Both the position numbers and the translations under genes were made by a program. 64,000 nt of DNA from Eledone cirrhosa (taxonomy: Eukaryota). The stretch spans positions 211,358,001 to 211,422,000 of the forward strand of contig OZ024740.1 in NCBI GenBank assembly GCA_964016885.1, given 5' to 3'. The notes under the pieces were generated by a model that worked only from the letters and a program-made list of their open reading frames with translations, ran no database searches and was not told where the DNA came from. Shown piece by piece: positions 1 through 15,000 of the stretch (within the stretch, counting starts at the first letter, position 1; every line of letters begins with the position of its first letter).

Positions 1-3000
1 TGATAGAAGTTTACAATGAATTTCTCCCATAAAATAATAGTAGAAGGTAGACATGATAGAAGTTTACAATGAAAGTCTCCCATAAGTTGATAGTAGAAGG
101 TAGCGATGATAGAAGTTTACAATGAATGTCTCCCATAAAATAATAGTAGAAGGTAGCCATGATAGATGTTTACAATGAAAGTCTCCCATGAGTTGATAGT
201 AGAAGGTAGTCATGATAGAAGTTTACAATAAATGTCTCCCATAAAATGATAGTAGAAGGTAGCCATGATAGAAGTTTACAATGAAAGTCTCCCATAAAAT
301 GATAGTAGAAGGTAGCAATGATAGAAGTTTACAATGAAAGTCTCCCATAAGTTGATAGTAGAATGTAGCCATTATAGAAGTTTACAATGAATGTCTCCCA
401 TAAAATAATAGTAGAAGGTAGCCATGATAGAAGTTTACAATGAAAGTCTCCCATAAGTTAATAGTAGAAGGTAGCCATGATAGAAGTTTACAATGAAAGT
501 CTCCCATATGTTGATAGCAGAAGGTAGCCATGATAGAAGTTTACAATGAATGTCTCTCATAAAATAATAGTAGAAGGTAGCCATGATAGAAGTTTACAAT
601 GAAAGTCTCCCATAAGTTAATAGTAGAAGGTAGCCATGATAGAAGTTTACAATGAAAGTCTCCCATAAGTTGATAGTAGAAGGTAGCGATGATAGAAGTT
701 TACAATGAATGTCTCCCATAAAATAATAGTAGAAGGTAGCCATGATAGAAGTTTACAATGAAAGTCTCCCATAAGTTGATAGTAGAAGGTAGCGATGATA
801 GAAGTTTACAATGAATGTCTCCCATAAAATGATAGTAGAAGGTAGCCATGGAAGAAGTTTACAATGAAAGTCTCCCATAAGTTGATAGTAGAAGGTAGCC
901 ATGATAGAAGTTTACAATGAAAGTCTCCCATGAAATGATAGTAGAAGGTAGCCATGATAGAAGTTTACAATGAAAGTCTCCCTTAAAATGATAGTAGAAG
1001 GTAGCCATGGAAGAAGTTTACTATGAATGTCTCCCATAAAATGATAGCAGAAGGTAGCCATGATAGAAGTTTACAATGAAAGTCTCCCATAAAATGATAG
1101 TAGAAGGTAGCCATGATAGAAGTTTATAATGAAAGTCTCCCATAAGTTGGTAGTAGAAGGTAGCCATGATAGAAGCTTACAATGAAAGTCTCCCATAAGT
1201 TGGTAGTAGAAGGTAGCCATGATAGAAGTTTACAATGAAAGTCTCCCATAAGTTGGTAGTAGAAGGTAGCCATGATAGAAGTTTACAATGAATGCCTCCC
1301 ATAAGTTGATAGTAGAAGGTAGCCATGATAGAAGTTTACAATGAATGTCTCCCATAAAATAATAGTAGAAGGTAGCCATGATAGAAGTTTACAATGAAAG
1401 TCTCCCATAAGTTGGTAGTAGAAGGTAGCCATGATAGAAGTTTACAATGAAAGTCTCCCATAAGTTGGTAGTAGAAGGTAGCCATGATAGAAGTTTACAA
1501 TGAATGCCTCCCATGAGTTGATAGTAGAAGGTAGCCATGATAGAAGTTTACAATGAATGTCTCCCATAAAATAATAGTAGAAGGCAGCCATGATAGAAGT
1601 TTACAATGAAAGTCTCCCATAAGTTAATAGTAGAAGGTAGCCATGGTAGAAGTTTACAATGAAAGTCTCCCATAAGTTGGTAGTAGAAGGTAGCCATGAT
1701 AGAAGTTTACAATGAATGCCTCCCATAAGTTGATAGTAGAAGGTAGCCATGATAGAAGTTTACAATGAATGTCTCCCATAAAATAATAGTAGAAGACAGC
1801 CATGATAGAAGTTTACAATGAAAGTCTCCCATAAGTTAATAGTAGAAGCTAGCCATGGTAGAAGTTTGCAATGAAAGTCTCCCATAAAATAATAGTAGAA
1901 GGTAGCCATGGTAGAAGTTTACAATGAAAGTCTCCCATAAGTTGATGGTAGAAGGTAGCCATGATAGAAGTTTACAATGAAAGTCTCCCATAAAAAGATA
2001 GTAGAAGGTAGCCATGATAGAAGTTTACAATGAAAGTCTCCCATAAGTTGATAGTAGAAGGTAGCCATGATAGAAGTTTATAATGAAAGTCTCCCATAAG
2101 TTGATAGTAGAAGGTAGCCATGATAGAAGTTTACAATGAAAGTATCCCATAAAATGATAGTAGAAGGTGGCCATGATAGAAGTTTACAATGAAAGTCCCC
2201 CATAAGTTGATAGCAGAAGGTAGCGATGATAGAAGTTTACAATGAAAGTCTCCCATAAAATGATAGTAGAAGGTAGCCCTGATAGAAGTTTACAATGAAA
2301 GTCTCGCATAAAATGATAGTAGAAGGTAGCCATGATAGAAGTTTACAATGAAAGTCTCCCATAAGTTGATAGTAGAAGGTAGCCATGATAGAAGTTTATA
2401 ATGAAAGTCTCCCATAAGTTGATAGTAGAAGGTAGCCATGATAGAAGTTTACAATGAAAGTCTCCCATAATATGATAGTAGAAGGTAGCCATGATAGAAG
2501 TTTACAATGAAAGTCCCCCATAAGTTGATAGTAGAAGGTAGCGATGATAGAAGTTTACAATGAAAGTCTCCCATAAAATGATAGTAGAAGGTAGCCATGA
2601 TAGAAGTTTACAATGAATGTCTCCCATAAAATGATAGTAGAAGGTAGTCATGATAGAAGTTTATACTTAAAGTCTCCCATAAAATGATAGTAGAAGGTAG
2701 CCATGATAAAAATTTACAATGAAAGTCTCCCATAAAATGATAGTAGAAGGTAGTCATGATAGAAGTTTATAATTAAAGTCTCCCATAAGTTGATAGTAGA
2801 AGGTAGCCATGATAGAAGTTTACAAGTGAAGTCTCCCATAAATTGATAGTATAAGGTAGCCATGATAGAAGTTTACAATAAAAGTCTCCCATAAGTTGAT
2901 AGTAGAAGGTAGCCATGATAGAAGTTTACAATGAATGTCTCTCATAAAATAATAGTAGAAGGTAGTCATGATAGAAGTTTACAATGAAAGTCTCCCATAT

Positions 3001-6000
3001 GTTGATAGTAGAAGGTAGCCATGATAGAAGTTTACAATGAATGTCTCCCATAAAATAATAGTAGAAGGTAGTCATGATAGAAGTTTACAATGAAAGTCTC
3101 CCATAAGTTGATAGTAGAAGGTAGCCATGATAGAAGTTTACAATGAATGTCTCCCATAAGTTGATAGTAGAAGGTAGCCATGATAGAAGTTTACAATGAA
3201 TGTCTCCCATAAAATAATAGTAGAAGGTAGCCATGATAGAAGTTTACAATGAAAGTCTCCCATAAGTTGATAGTAGAAGGTAGCCATGATAGAAGTTTAC
3301 AATGAAAGTCTCCCATAAAATAATAGTAGAAGGTAGCCATGATAGAAGTTTACAATGAAAGTCTCCCATACGTTAATAGTAGAAGCTAGCCATAGTATAA
3401 GTTTACAATGAAAGTCTCCCATAAGTTGATAGTAGAAGGTAGCCATGATAGAAGTTTACAATGAATGTCTCCCATAAGTTGATAGTAGAAGGTAGCCATG
3501 ATAGAAGTTTACAATGAATGTCTCCCATAAAATAATAGTAGAAGGTAGCCATGATAGAAGTTTACAATGAAAGTCTCCCATAAGTTGATAGTAGAAGGTA
3601 GCCATGATAGAAGTTTACAATGAAAGTCTCCCATAAAATAATAGTAGAAGGCAGCCATGATAGAAGTTTACAATGAAAGTCTCCCATAAGTTAATAGTAG
3701 AAGGTAGCCATGGTAGAAGTTTGCAATGAAAGTCTCCCATAAAATAATAGTAGAAGGTAGCCATGGTAGAAGTTTACAATGAAAGTCTCCCATAAGTTGA
3801 TGGTAGAAGGTAGCCATGATAGAAGTTTACAATGAAAGTCTCCCATAAAAAGATAGTAGAAGGTAGCCATGATAGAAGTTTACAATGAAAGTCTCTCATA
3901 AGTTGATAGTAGAAGGTGGCCATGATAGAAGTTTATAATGAAAGTCTCCCATAAGTTGATAGTAGAAGGTAGCCATGATAGAAGTTTACAATGAAAGTCT
4001 CCCATAAAATGATAGTAGAAGGTAGCCATGATAGAAGTTTACAATGAAAGTCCCCCATAAGTTGATAGTAGAAGGTAGCGATGATAGAAGTTTACAATGA
4101 AAGTCTCCCATAAAATGATAGTAGAAGGTAGCCCTGATAGAAGTTTACAATGAAAGTCTCGCATAAAATGATAGTAGAAGGTAGCCATGATAGAAGTTTA
4201 CAATGAATGTCTCCCATAAAATGATAGTAGAAGGTAGTCATGATAGAAGTTTATACTTAAAGTCTCCCATAAAATGATAGTAGAAGGTAGCCATGATAGA
4301 AATTTCCAATGAAAGTCTCCCATAAAATGATAGTAGAAGGCAGTCATGATAGATGTTTATAATTAAAGTCTCCCATAAGTTGATAGTAGAAGGTAGCCAT
4401 GATAGAAGTTTACAAGTGAAGTCTCCCATAAGTTGATAGTTGAAGGTAGCCATGATAGAAGTTTACAATAAAAGTCTCCCATATGTTGATAGTAGAAGGT
4501 AGCCATGATAGAAGTTTACAATGAATGTCTCCCATAAAATAATAGTAGAAGGTAGTCATGATAGAAGTTTACAATGAAAGTCTCCCATAAGTTGATAGTA
4601 GAAGGTAGCCATGATAGAAGTTTACAATGAATGTCTCCCATAAAATAATAGTAGAAGGTAGCCATGATAGAAGTTTACAATGAAAGTCTCCCATACGTTA
4701 ATAGTAGAAGCTAGCCATAGTAGAAGTTTACAATGAAAGTCTCCCATAAGTTGATAATAGAAGGTAGCCATGATAGAAGTTTACAATGAATGTCTCCCAT
4801 AAGTTGATAGTAGAAGGTAGCCATGATAGAAGTTTACAATGAATGTCTCCCATAAAATAATAGTAGAAGGTAGCCATGATAGAAGTTTACAATGAAAGTC
4901 TCCCATAAGTTGATAGTAGAAGGTAGCCATGATAGAAGTTTACAATGAAAGTCTCCCATAAGTTAATAGTAGAAGCTAGCCATGGTAGAAGTTTACAATG
5001 AAAGTTTCCCATAAACTGATAGTAGAACGTAGCCATGAGAGAAGTTTACAATGAAAGTCTCCCATAAAATGATAGCAGAAGGTAGCCATGAGAGAAGTTT
5101 ACAATGAAAGTCTCCCATAAGTTGAGAAGTAGAAGGTAGCCATGATAGAAGTTTACAATGAATGTCTCTCATGAAATAATAGTAGAAGGTAGTCATGATA
5201 GAAGTTTACAATGAAAGTCTCCCATAAAATGATAGTAGAAGGTAGCCATGGTAGAAGTTTACAATGAAACACTCCCATAAAATGATAGCAGAAGGTAGCC
5301 ATGAGAGAAGTTTACAATGAAAGTCTCCCATAAGTTAATAGTCGAAGGTAGCATGATAGAAGTTTACAATGAAAGTCTCCCATAAAATAATAGTAGAAGG
5401 TAGCATGATAGAAGTTTACAATGAAAGTCTCCCATAAGTTGATAGTAGAAGGTAGCCATGATAGAAGTTTACAATGAAAGTCTCCCATAAAATGATAGTA
5501 GAAGGTAGCCATGATAGAAGTTTACAATGAAAGTCTCCCATAAAATAATAGTGGAAGGTAGCCATGGTAGAAGTTTACAATGAAAGTCTCCCATAAGTTG
5601 ATAGTAGAAGGTAGCCATGATAGAAGTTTACGATGAAAGTCTCCCATAAGTTGATTGTAGAAGGTAGCCATGATAGAAGTTTACAATGAAACACTCCCAT
5701 AAAATGATAGTAGAAGGTAGCCATGATAGAAGTTTACAATGAAAGTCTCCCATACGTTAATAGTAGAAGCTAGCCATAGTATAAGTTTACAATGAAAGTC
5801 TCCCATAAGTTGATAGTAGAAGGTAGCCATGATAGAAGTTTACAATGAATGTCTCCCATAAGTTGATAGTAGAAGGTAGCCATGATAGAAGTTTACAATG
5901 AAAGTCTCCCATAAGTTGATAGTAGAAGGTAGCCATGATAGAAGTTTACAATGAAAGTCTCCCATAAAATAATAGTAGAAGGCAGCCATGATAGAAGTTT

Positions 6001-9000
6001 ACAATGAAAGTCTCCCATAAGTTAATAGTAGAAGGTAGCCATGGTAGAAGTTTGCAATGAAAGTCTCCCATAAAATAATAGTAGAAGGTAGCCATGGTAG
6101 AAGTTTACAATGAAAGTCTCCCATAAGTTGATGGTAGAAGGTAGCCATGATAGAAGTTTACAATGAAAGTCTCCCATAAAAAGATAGTAGAAGGTAGCCA
6201 TGATAGAAGTTTACAATGAAAGTCTCTCATAAGTTGATAGTAGAAGGTGGCCATGATAGAAGTTTATAATGAAAGTCTCCCATAAGTTGATAGTAGAAGG
6301 TAGCCATGATAGAAGTTTACAATGAAAGTCTCCCATAAAATGATAGTAGAAGGTAGCCATGATAGAAGTTTACAATGAAAGTCCCCCATAAGTTGATAGT
6401 AGAAGGTAGCGATGATAGAAGTTTACAATGAAAGTCTCCCATAAAATGATAGTAGAAGGTAGCCCTGATAGAAGTTTACAATGAAAGTCTCGCATAAAAT
6501 GATAGTAGAAGGTAGCCATGATAGAAGTTTACAATGAATGTCTCCCATAAAATGATAGTAGAAGGTAGTCATGATAGAAGTTTATACTTAAAGTCTCCCA
6601 TAAAATGATAGTAGAAGGTAGCCATGATAGAAATTTCCAATGAAAGTCTCCCATAAAATGATAGTAGAAGGCAGTCATGATAGATGTTTATAATTAAAGT
6701 CTCCCATAAGTTGATAGTAGAAGGTAGCCATGATAGAAGTTTACAAGTGAAGTCTCCCATAAGTTGATAGTAGAAGGTAGCCATGATAGAAGTTTACAAT
6801 AAAAGTCTCCCATATGTTGATAGTAGAAGGTAGCCATGATAGAAGTTTACAATGAATGTCTCCCATAAAATAATAGTAGAAGGTAGTCATGATAGAAGTT
6901 TACAATGAAAGTCTCCCATAAGTTGATAGTAGAAGGTAGCCATGATAGAAGTTTACAATGAATGTCTCCCATAAAATAATAGTAGAAGGTAGCCATGATA
7001 GAAGTTTACAATGAAAGTCTCCCATACGTTAATAGTAGAAGCTAGCCATAGTAGAAGTTTACAATGAAAGTCTCCCATAAGTTGATAATAGAAGGTAGCC
7101 ATGATAGAAGTTTACAATGAATGTCTCCCATAAGTTGATAGTAGAAGGTAGCCATGATAGAAGTTTACAATGAATGTCTCCCATAAAATAATAGTAGAAG
7201 GTAGCCATGATAGAAGTTTACAATGAAAGTCTCCCATAAGTTGATAGTAGAAGGTAGCCATGATAGAAGTTTACAATGAAAGTCTCCCATAAGTTAATAG
7301 TAGAAGCTAGCCATGGTAGAAGTTTACAATGAAAGTTTCCCATAAACTGATAGTAGAACGTAGCCATGAGAGAAGTTTACAATGAAAGTCTCCCATAAAA
7401 TGATAGCAGAAGGTAGCCATGAGAGAAGTTTACAATGAAAGTCTCCCATAAGTTGAGAAGTAGAAGGTAGCCATGATAGAAGTTTACAATGAATGTCTCT
7501 CATGAAATAATAGTAGAAGGTAGTCATGATAGAAGTTTACAATGAAAGTCTCCGATAAAATGATAGCAGAAGGTAGCCATGATAGAAGTTTACAATGAAA
7601 GTCCCCCATAAGTTGATAGTAGAAGGTAGCCATGATAGAAGTTTACAATGAATGTCTCTCATGAAATAATAGTAGAAGGTAGTCATGATAGAAGTTTACA
7701 ATGAAAGTCTCCCATAAAATGATAGTAGAAGGTAGCCATGGTAGAAGTTTACAATGAAACACTCCCATAAAATGATAGCAGAAGGTAGCCATGAGAGAAG
7801 TTTACAATGAAAGTCTCCCATAAGTTAATAGTAGAAGGTAGCATGATAGAAGTTTACAATGAAAGTCTCCCATAAAATAATAGTAGAAGGTAGCATGATA
7901 GAAGTTTACAATGAAAGTCTCCCATAAGTTGATAGTAGAAGGTAGCCATGATAGAAGTTTACAATGAAAGTCTCCCATAAAATGATAGTAGAAGGTAGCC
8001 ATGATAGAAGTTTACAATGAAAGTCTCCCATAAAATAATAGTGGAAGGTAGCCATGGTAGAAGTTTACAATGAAAGTCTCCCATAAGTTGATAGTAGAAG
8101 GTAGCCATGATAGAAGTTTACAATGAAAGTCTCCCATAAGTTGATAGTAGAAGGTAGCCATGATAGAAGTTTACGATGAAAGTCTCCCATAAGTTGATTG
8201 TAGAAGGTAGCCATGATAGAAGTTTACAATGAAACACTCCCATAAAATGATAGTAGAAGGTAGCCATGATAGAAGTTTACAATGAATGTCTCCCATAAAT
8301 TGATAGTAGAAGGTAGCCATGATAGAAGTTTACAATGAAAGTCTCCTGTAAGTTGATAGTAGAAGGTTGCCATGATAGAAGTTTACAATGAAAGTCTCCC
8401 ATAAGCTGATAGTAGAAGGTAGAGATGATAGAAGTTTACAATGAAAGTCTCCCATAAATTGATAGTAGAAGGTAGCCATGATAGAAGTTTACAATGAAAG
8501 TCTCTCATAAGTTGATAGTAGAAGGTAGCCATGATAGAAGTTTACAATGAAAGTCTCCCATAAAATGATAGTAGAAGGTAGCCATGATAGAAGTTTACAA
8601 TGAAAGTCTCCCATAAGTTAATAGTAGAAGGTAGCCATGATAGAAGTTTACAATGAAAGTCTCCCATAAAATGATAGTAGAAGGTAGCCATGATAGAAGT
8701 TTACAATGAAAGTCTCCCATAAGTTAATAGTAGAAGGTAGCCATGATAGAAGTTTACAATGAAAGTCTCCCATAAGCTGGTAGTAGAAGGTAGCCATGAT
8801 AGAAGTTTACAATGAATGCCTCCCATAAGTTGATAGTAGAAGGTAGCCATGATAGAAGTTTACAATGAATGTCTCCCATAAAATAATAGTAGAAGGTAGC
8901 CATGATAGAAGTTTACAATGAAAGTCTCCCATAAGTTAATAGTAGAAGGTAGCCATGATAGAAGTTTACAATGAAAGTCTCCCATAAGTTGATAGTAGAA

Positions 9001-12000
9001 GGTATCCATGATAGAAGTTTACAATGAAAGTCCCCCATAAGTTGATGGTAGAAGGTAGCCATGATAGAAGTTTACAATTAAAGTCCCCCATAAAATGATA
9101 GTAGAAGGTAGCCATGATAGAAGTTTACAATGGAAGTCTCCCATAAAAAGATAGTAGAAGGTAGCCATGATAGAAGTTTACAATGAAAGTCTCCCATAAA
9201 ATGATAGTAGAAGGTAGCCATGATAGAAGTTTACAATGAAAGTCTCCCATAAAATAATAGTGGAAGGTAGCCATGGTAGAAGTTTACAATGAAAGTCTCC
9301 CATAAGTTGATAGTAGAAGGTAGCCATGATAGAAGTTTACAATGAAAGTCTCCCATAAGTTGATAGTAGAAGGTAGCCATGATAGAAGTTTACGATGAAA
9401 GTCTCCCATAAGTTGATAGTAGAAGGTAGCCATGATAGAAGTTTACAATGAAACACTCCCATAAAATGATAGTAGAAGGTAGCCATGATAGAAGTTTACA
9501 ATGAAAGTCTCCCATAAAATGATAGTAGAAGATAGCCATGATAGAAGTTTACAATGAAAGTCTCCCATAAGTTAATAGTAGAAGGTAGCCATGATAGAAG
9601 TTTACAATAAAAGTCTCCCATAAAATGATAGTAGAAGGTAGCCATGATAGAAGTTTACAATGAAAGTCTCCCATGAGTTAATAGTAGAAGGTAGCCATGA
9701 TAGAAGTTTACAATGAAAGTCTCCCATAAGCTGGTAGTAGAAGGTAGCCATGATAGAAGTTTACAATGAATGCCTCCCATAAGTTGATAGTAGAAGGTAG
9801 CCATGATAGAAGTTTACAATGAATGTCTCCCATAAAATAATAGTAGAAGGTAGCCATGATAGAAGTTTACAATGAAAGTCTCCCATAAGTTAATAGTAGA
9901 AGGTAGCCATGATAGAAGTTTACAATGAAAGTCTCCCATAAGTTGATAGTAGAAGGTATCCATGATAGAAGTTTACAATGAAAGTCCCCCATAAGTTGAT
10001 GGTAGAAGGTAGCCATGATAGAAGTTTACAATTAAAGTCCCCCATAAAATGATAGTAGAAGGTAGCCATGATAGAAGTTTACAATGGAAGTCTCCCATAA
10101 AAAGATAGTAGAAGGTAGCCATGATAGAAATTTACAATGAAAGTCTCCCATAAGTTGATAGTAGAAGGTAGCCATGATAGAAGTTTACAATGAATGTCTC
10201 CCATAAAATAATAGTAGAAGGTAGCCATGATAGAAGTTTACAATGAAAGTCTCCCATACGTTAATAGTAGAAGCTAGCCATAGTAGAAGTTTACAATGAA
10301 AGTCTCCCATAAGTTGATAGTAGAAGGTAGCCATGATAGAAGTTTACAATGAATGTCTCCCATAAGTTGATAGTAGAAGGTAGCCATGATAGAAGTTTAC
10401 AATGAATGTCTCCCATAAAATAATAGTAGAAGGTAGCCATGATAGAAGTTTACAATGAAAGTCTCCCATAAGTTGATAGTAGAAGGTAGCCATGATAGAA
10501 GTTTACAATGAAAGTCTCCCATAAGTTAATAGTAGAAGCTAGCCATGGTAGAAGTTTACAATGAAACTTTCCCATAAACTGATAGTAGAACGTAGCCATG
10601 AGAGAAGTTTACAATGAAAGTCTCCCATAAAATGATAGCAGAAGGTAGCCATGAGAGAAGTTTACAATGAAAGTCTCCCATAAGTGGAGAAGTAGAAGGT
10701 AGCCATGATAGAAGTTTACAATGAATGTCTCTCATGAAATAATAGTAGAAGGTAGTCATGATAGAAGTTTACAATGAAAGTCTCTGATAAAATGATAGCA
10801 GAAGGTAGCCATGATAGAAGTTTACAATGAAAGTCCCCCATAAGTTGATAGTAGAAGGTAGCCATGATAGAAGTTTACAATGAATGTCTCTCATGAAATA
10901 ATAGTAGAAGGTAGTCATGATAGAAGTTTACAATGAAAGTCTCCCATAAAATGATAGTAGAAGGTAGCCATGGTAGAAGTTTACAATGAAACACTCCCAT
11001 AAAATGATAGCAGAAGGTAGCCATGAGAGAAGTTTACAATGAAAGTCTCCCATAAGTTAATAGTAGAAGGTAGCATGATAGAAGTTTACAATGAAAGTCT
11101 CCCATAAAATAATAGTAGAAGGTAGCATGATAGAAGTTTACAATGAAAGTCTCCCATAAAATAATAGTGGAAGGTAGCCATGGTAGAAGTTTACAATGAA
11201 AGTCTCCCATAAGTTGATAGTAGAAGGTAGCCATGATAGAAGTTTACAATGAAAGTCTCCCATAAGTTGATAGTAGAAGGTAGCCATGATAGAAGTTTAC
11301 AATGAAAGTCTCCCATAAGTTGATAGTAGAAGGTAGCCATGATAGAAGTTTACAATGAAACACTCCCATAAAATGATAGTAGAAGGTAGCCATGATAGAA
11401 GTTTACAATGAATGTCTCCCATAAATTGATAGTAGAAGGTAGCCATGATAGAAGTTTACAATGAAAGTCTCCTGTAAGTTGATAGTAGAAGGTAGCCATG
11501 ATAGAAGTTTACAATGAAAGTCTCCCATAAGCTGATAGTAGAAGGTAGAGATGATAGAAGTTTACAATGAAAGTCTCCCATAAATTGATAGTAGAAGGTA
11601 GCCATGATAGAAGTTTACAATGAAAGTCTCTCATAAGTTGATAGTAGAAGGTAGCCATGATAGAAGTTTACAATGAAAGTCTCCCATAAGTTAATAGTAG
11701 AAGCTAGCCATGGTAGAAGTTTACAATGAAAGTCTCCCATAAGTTGATAATAGAAGGTAGCCATGATAGAAGTTTACAATGAATGTCTCCCATAAGTTGA
11801 TAGTAGAAGGTAGCCATGATAGAAGTTTACAATGAATGTCTCCCATAAAATAATAGTAGAAGGTAGCCATGATAGAAGTTTACAATGAAAGTCTCCCATA
11901 AGTTGATAGTAGAAGGTAGCCATGATAGAAGTTTACAATGAAAGTCTCCCATAAGTTGATAGTAGAAGGTAGCCATGGTAGAAGTTTACAATGAAAGTTT

Positions 12001-15000
12001 CCCATAAACTGATAGTAGAACGTAGCCATGAGAGAAGTTTACAATGAAAGTCTCCCATAAGTTGATAGTAGAAGGTAGCCATGGTAGAAGTTTACAATGA
12101 AAGTTTCCCATAAACTGATAGTAGAACGTAGCCATGAGAGAAGTTTACAATGAAAGTCTCCCATAAAATGATAGCAGAAGGTAGCCATGAGAGAAGTTTA
12201 CAATGAAAGTCTCCCATAAGTTGAGAAGTAGAAGGTAGCCATGATAGAAGTTTACAATGAATGTCTCTCATGAAATAATAGTAGAAGGTAGCCATGATAG
12301 AAGTTTACGATGAAAGTCTCCGATAAAATGATAGCAGAAGGTAGCCATGATAGAAGTTTACAATGAAAGTCTCCCATAAGTTGATAGTAGAAGGTAGCCA
12401 TGATAGAAGTTTACAATGAATGTCTCTCATGAAATAATAGTAGAAGGTAGTCATGATAGAAGTTTACAATGAAAGTCTCCCATAAAATGATAGTAGAAGG
12501 TAGCCATGGTAGAAGTTTACAATGAAACACTCCCATAAAATGATAGCAGAAGGTAGCCATGAGAGAAGTTTACAATGAAAGTCTCCCATAAGTTAATAGT
12601 AGAAGGTAGCATGATAGAAGTTTACAATGAAAGTCTCCCATAAAATAATAGTAGAAGGTAGCATGATAGAAGTTTACAATGAAAGTCTCCCATAAGTTGA
12701 TAGTAGAAGGTAGCCATGATAGAAGTTTACAATGAAAGTCTCCCATAAAATGATAGTAGAAGGTAGCCATGATAGAAGTTTACAATGAAAGTCTCCCATA
12801 AAATAATAGTGGAAGGTAGCCATGGTAGAAGTTTACAATGAAAGTCTCCCATAAGTTGATAGTAGAAGGTAGCCATGATAGAAGTTTACAATGAAAGTCT
12901 CCCATAAGTTGATAGTAGAAGGTAGCCATGATAGAAGTTTACAATGAAACACTCCCATAAAATGATAGTAGAAGGTAGCCATGATAGAAGTCTACAATGA
13001 ATGTCTCTCATAACTTGATAGTAGAAGGTAGCCATGATAGAAGTTTACAATGAAAGTCTCCTGTAAGTTGATAGTAGAAGGTAGCCATGATAGAAGTTTA
13101 CAATGAAAGTCTCCCATAAGCTGATAGTAGAAGGTAGAGATGATAGAAGTTTACAATGAAAGTCTCCCATAAATTGATAGTAGAAGGTAGCCATGATAGA
13201 AGTTTACAATGAAAGTCTCTCATAAGTTGATAGTAGAAGGTAGCCATGATAGAAGTTTACAATGAAAGTCTCCCATAAAATGATAGTAGAAGGTAGCCAT
13301 GATAGAAGTTTACAATGAAAGTCTCCCATAAGTTAATAGTAGAAGGTAGCCATGATAGAAGTTTACAATGAAAGTCTCCCATAAAATGATAGTAGAAGGT
13401 AGCCATGATAGAAGTTTACAATGAAAGTCTCCCATAAGTTAATAGTAGAAGGTAGCCATGATAGAAGTTTACAATGAAAGTCTCCCATAAGTTGGTAGTA
13501 GAAGGTAGCCATGATAGAAGTTTACAATGAATGCCTCCCATAAGTTGATAGTAGAAGGTAGCCATGATAGAAGTTTACAATGAATGTCTCCCATAAAATA
13601 ATAGTAGAAGGTAGCCATGATAGAAGTTTACAATGAAAGTCTCCCATAAGTTAATAGTAGAAGGTAGCCATGATAGAAGTTTACAATGAAAGTCTCCCAT
13701 AAGTTGATAGTAGAAGGTATCCATGATAGAAGTTTACAATGAAAGTCCCCCATAAGTTGATGGTAGAAGGTAGCCATGATAGAAGTTTACAAGTAAAGTC
13801 CCCCATAAAATGATAGTAGAAGGTAGCAATGATAGAAGTTTACAATGGAAGTCTCCCATAAAAAGATAGTAGAAGGTAGCCATGATAGAAGTTTACAATG
13901 AAAGTCTCCCATAAAATGATAGTAGAAGGTAGCCATGATAGAAGTTTACAATGAAAGTCTCCCATAAAATAATAGTGGAAGGTAGCCATGGTAGAAGTTT
14001 ACAATGAAAGTCTCCCATAAGTTGATAGTAGAAGGTAGCCATGATAGAAGTTTACAATGAAAGTCTCCCATAAGTTGATAGTAGAAGGTAGCCATGATAG
14101 AAGTTTACAATGAAAGTCTCCCATAAGTTGATAGTAGAAGGTAGCCATGATAGAAGTTTACAATGAAACACTCCCATAAAATGATAGTAGAAGGTAGCCA
14201 TGATAGAAGTTTACAATGAATGTCTCCCATAAATTGATAGTAGAAGGTAGCCATGATAGAAGTTTACAATGAAAGTCTCCTGTAAGTTGATAGTAGAAGG
14301 TAGCCATGATAGAAGTTTACAATGAAAGTCTCCCATAAGCTGATAGTAGAAGGTAGAGATGATAGAAGTTTACAATGAAAGTCTCCCATAAATTGATAGT
14401 AGAAGGTAGCCATGATAGAAGTTTACAATGAAAGTCTCTCATAAGTTGATAGTAGAAGGTAGCCATGATAGAAGTTTACAATGAAAGTCTCCCATAAAAT
14501 GATAGTAGAAGATAGCCATGATAGAAGTTTACAATGAAAGTCTCCCATAAGTTAATAGTAGAAGGTAGCCATGATAGAAGTTTACAATGAAAGTCTCCCA
14601 TAAAATGATAGTAGAAGGTAGCCATGATAGAAGTTTACAATGAAAGTCTCCCATAAGTTAATAGTAGAAGGTAGCCATGATAGAAGTTTACAATGAAAGT
14701 CTCCCATAAGCTGGTAGTAGAAGGTAGCCATGATAGAAGTTTACAATGAATGCCTCCCATAAGTTGATAGTAGAAGGTAGCCATGATAGAAGTTTACAAT
14801 GAATGTCTCCCATAAAATAATAGTAGAAGGTAGCCATGATAGAAGTTTACAATGAAAGTCTCCCATAAGTTAATAGTAGAAGGTAGGCATGATAGAAGTT
14901 TACAATGAAAGTCTCCCATAAGTTGATAGTAGAATGTATCCATGATAGAAGTTTACAATGAAAGTCCCCCATAAGTTGATGGTAGAAGGTAGCCATGATA

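Noticed and set aside
2190-2205. NF-kB-like site in satellite variants (GAAAGTCCCC)
   Set aside because: Imperfect match found only in minority monomers; expected by chance from the consensus.
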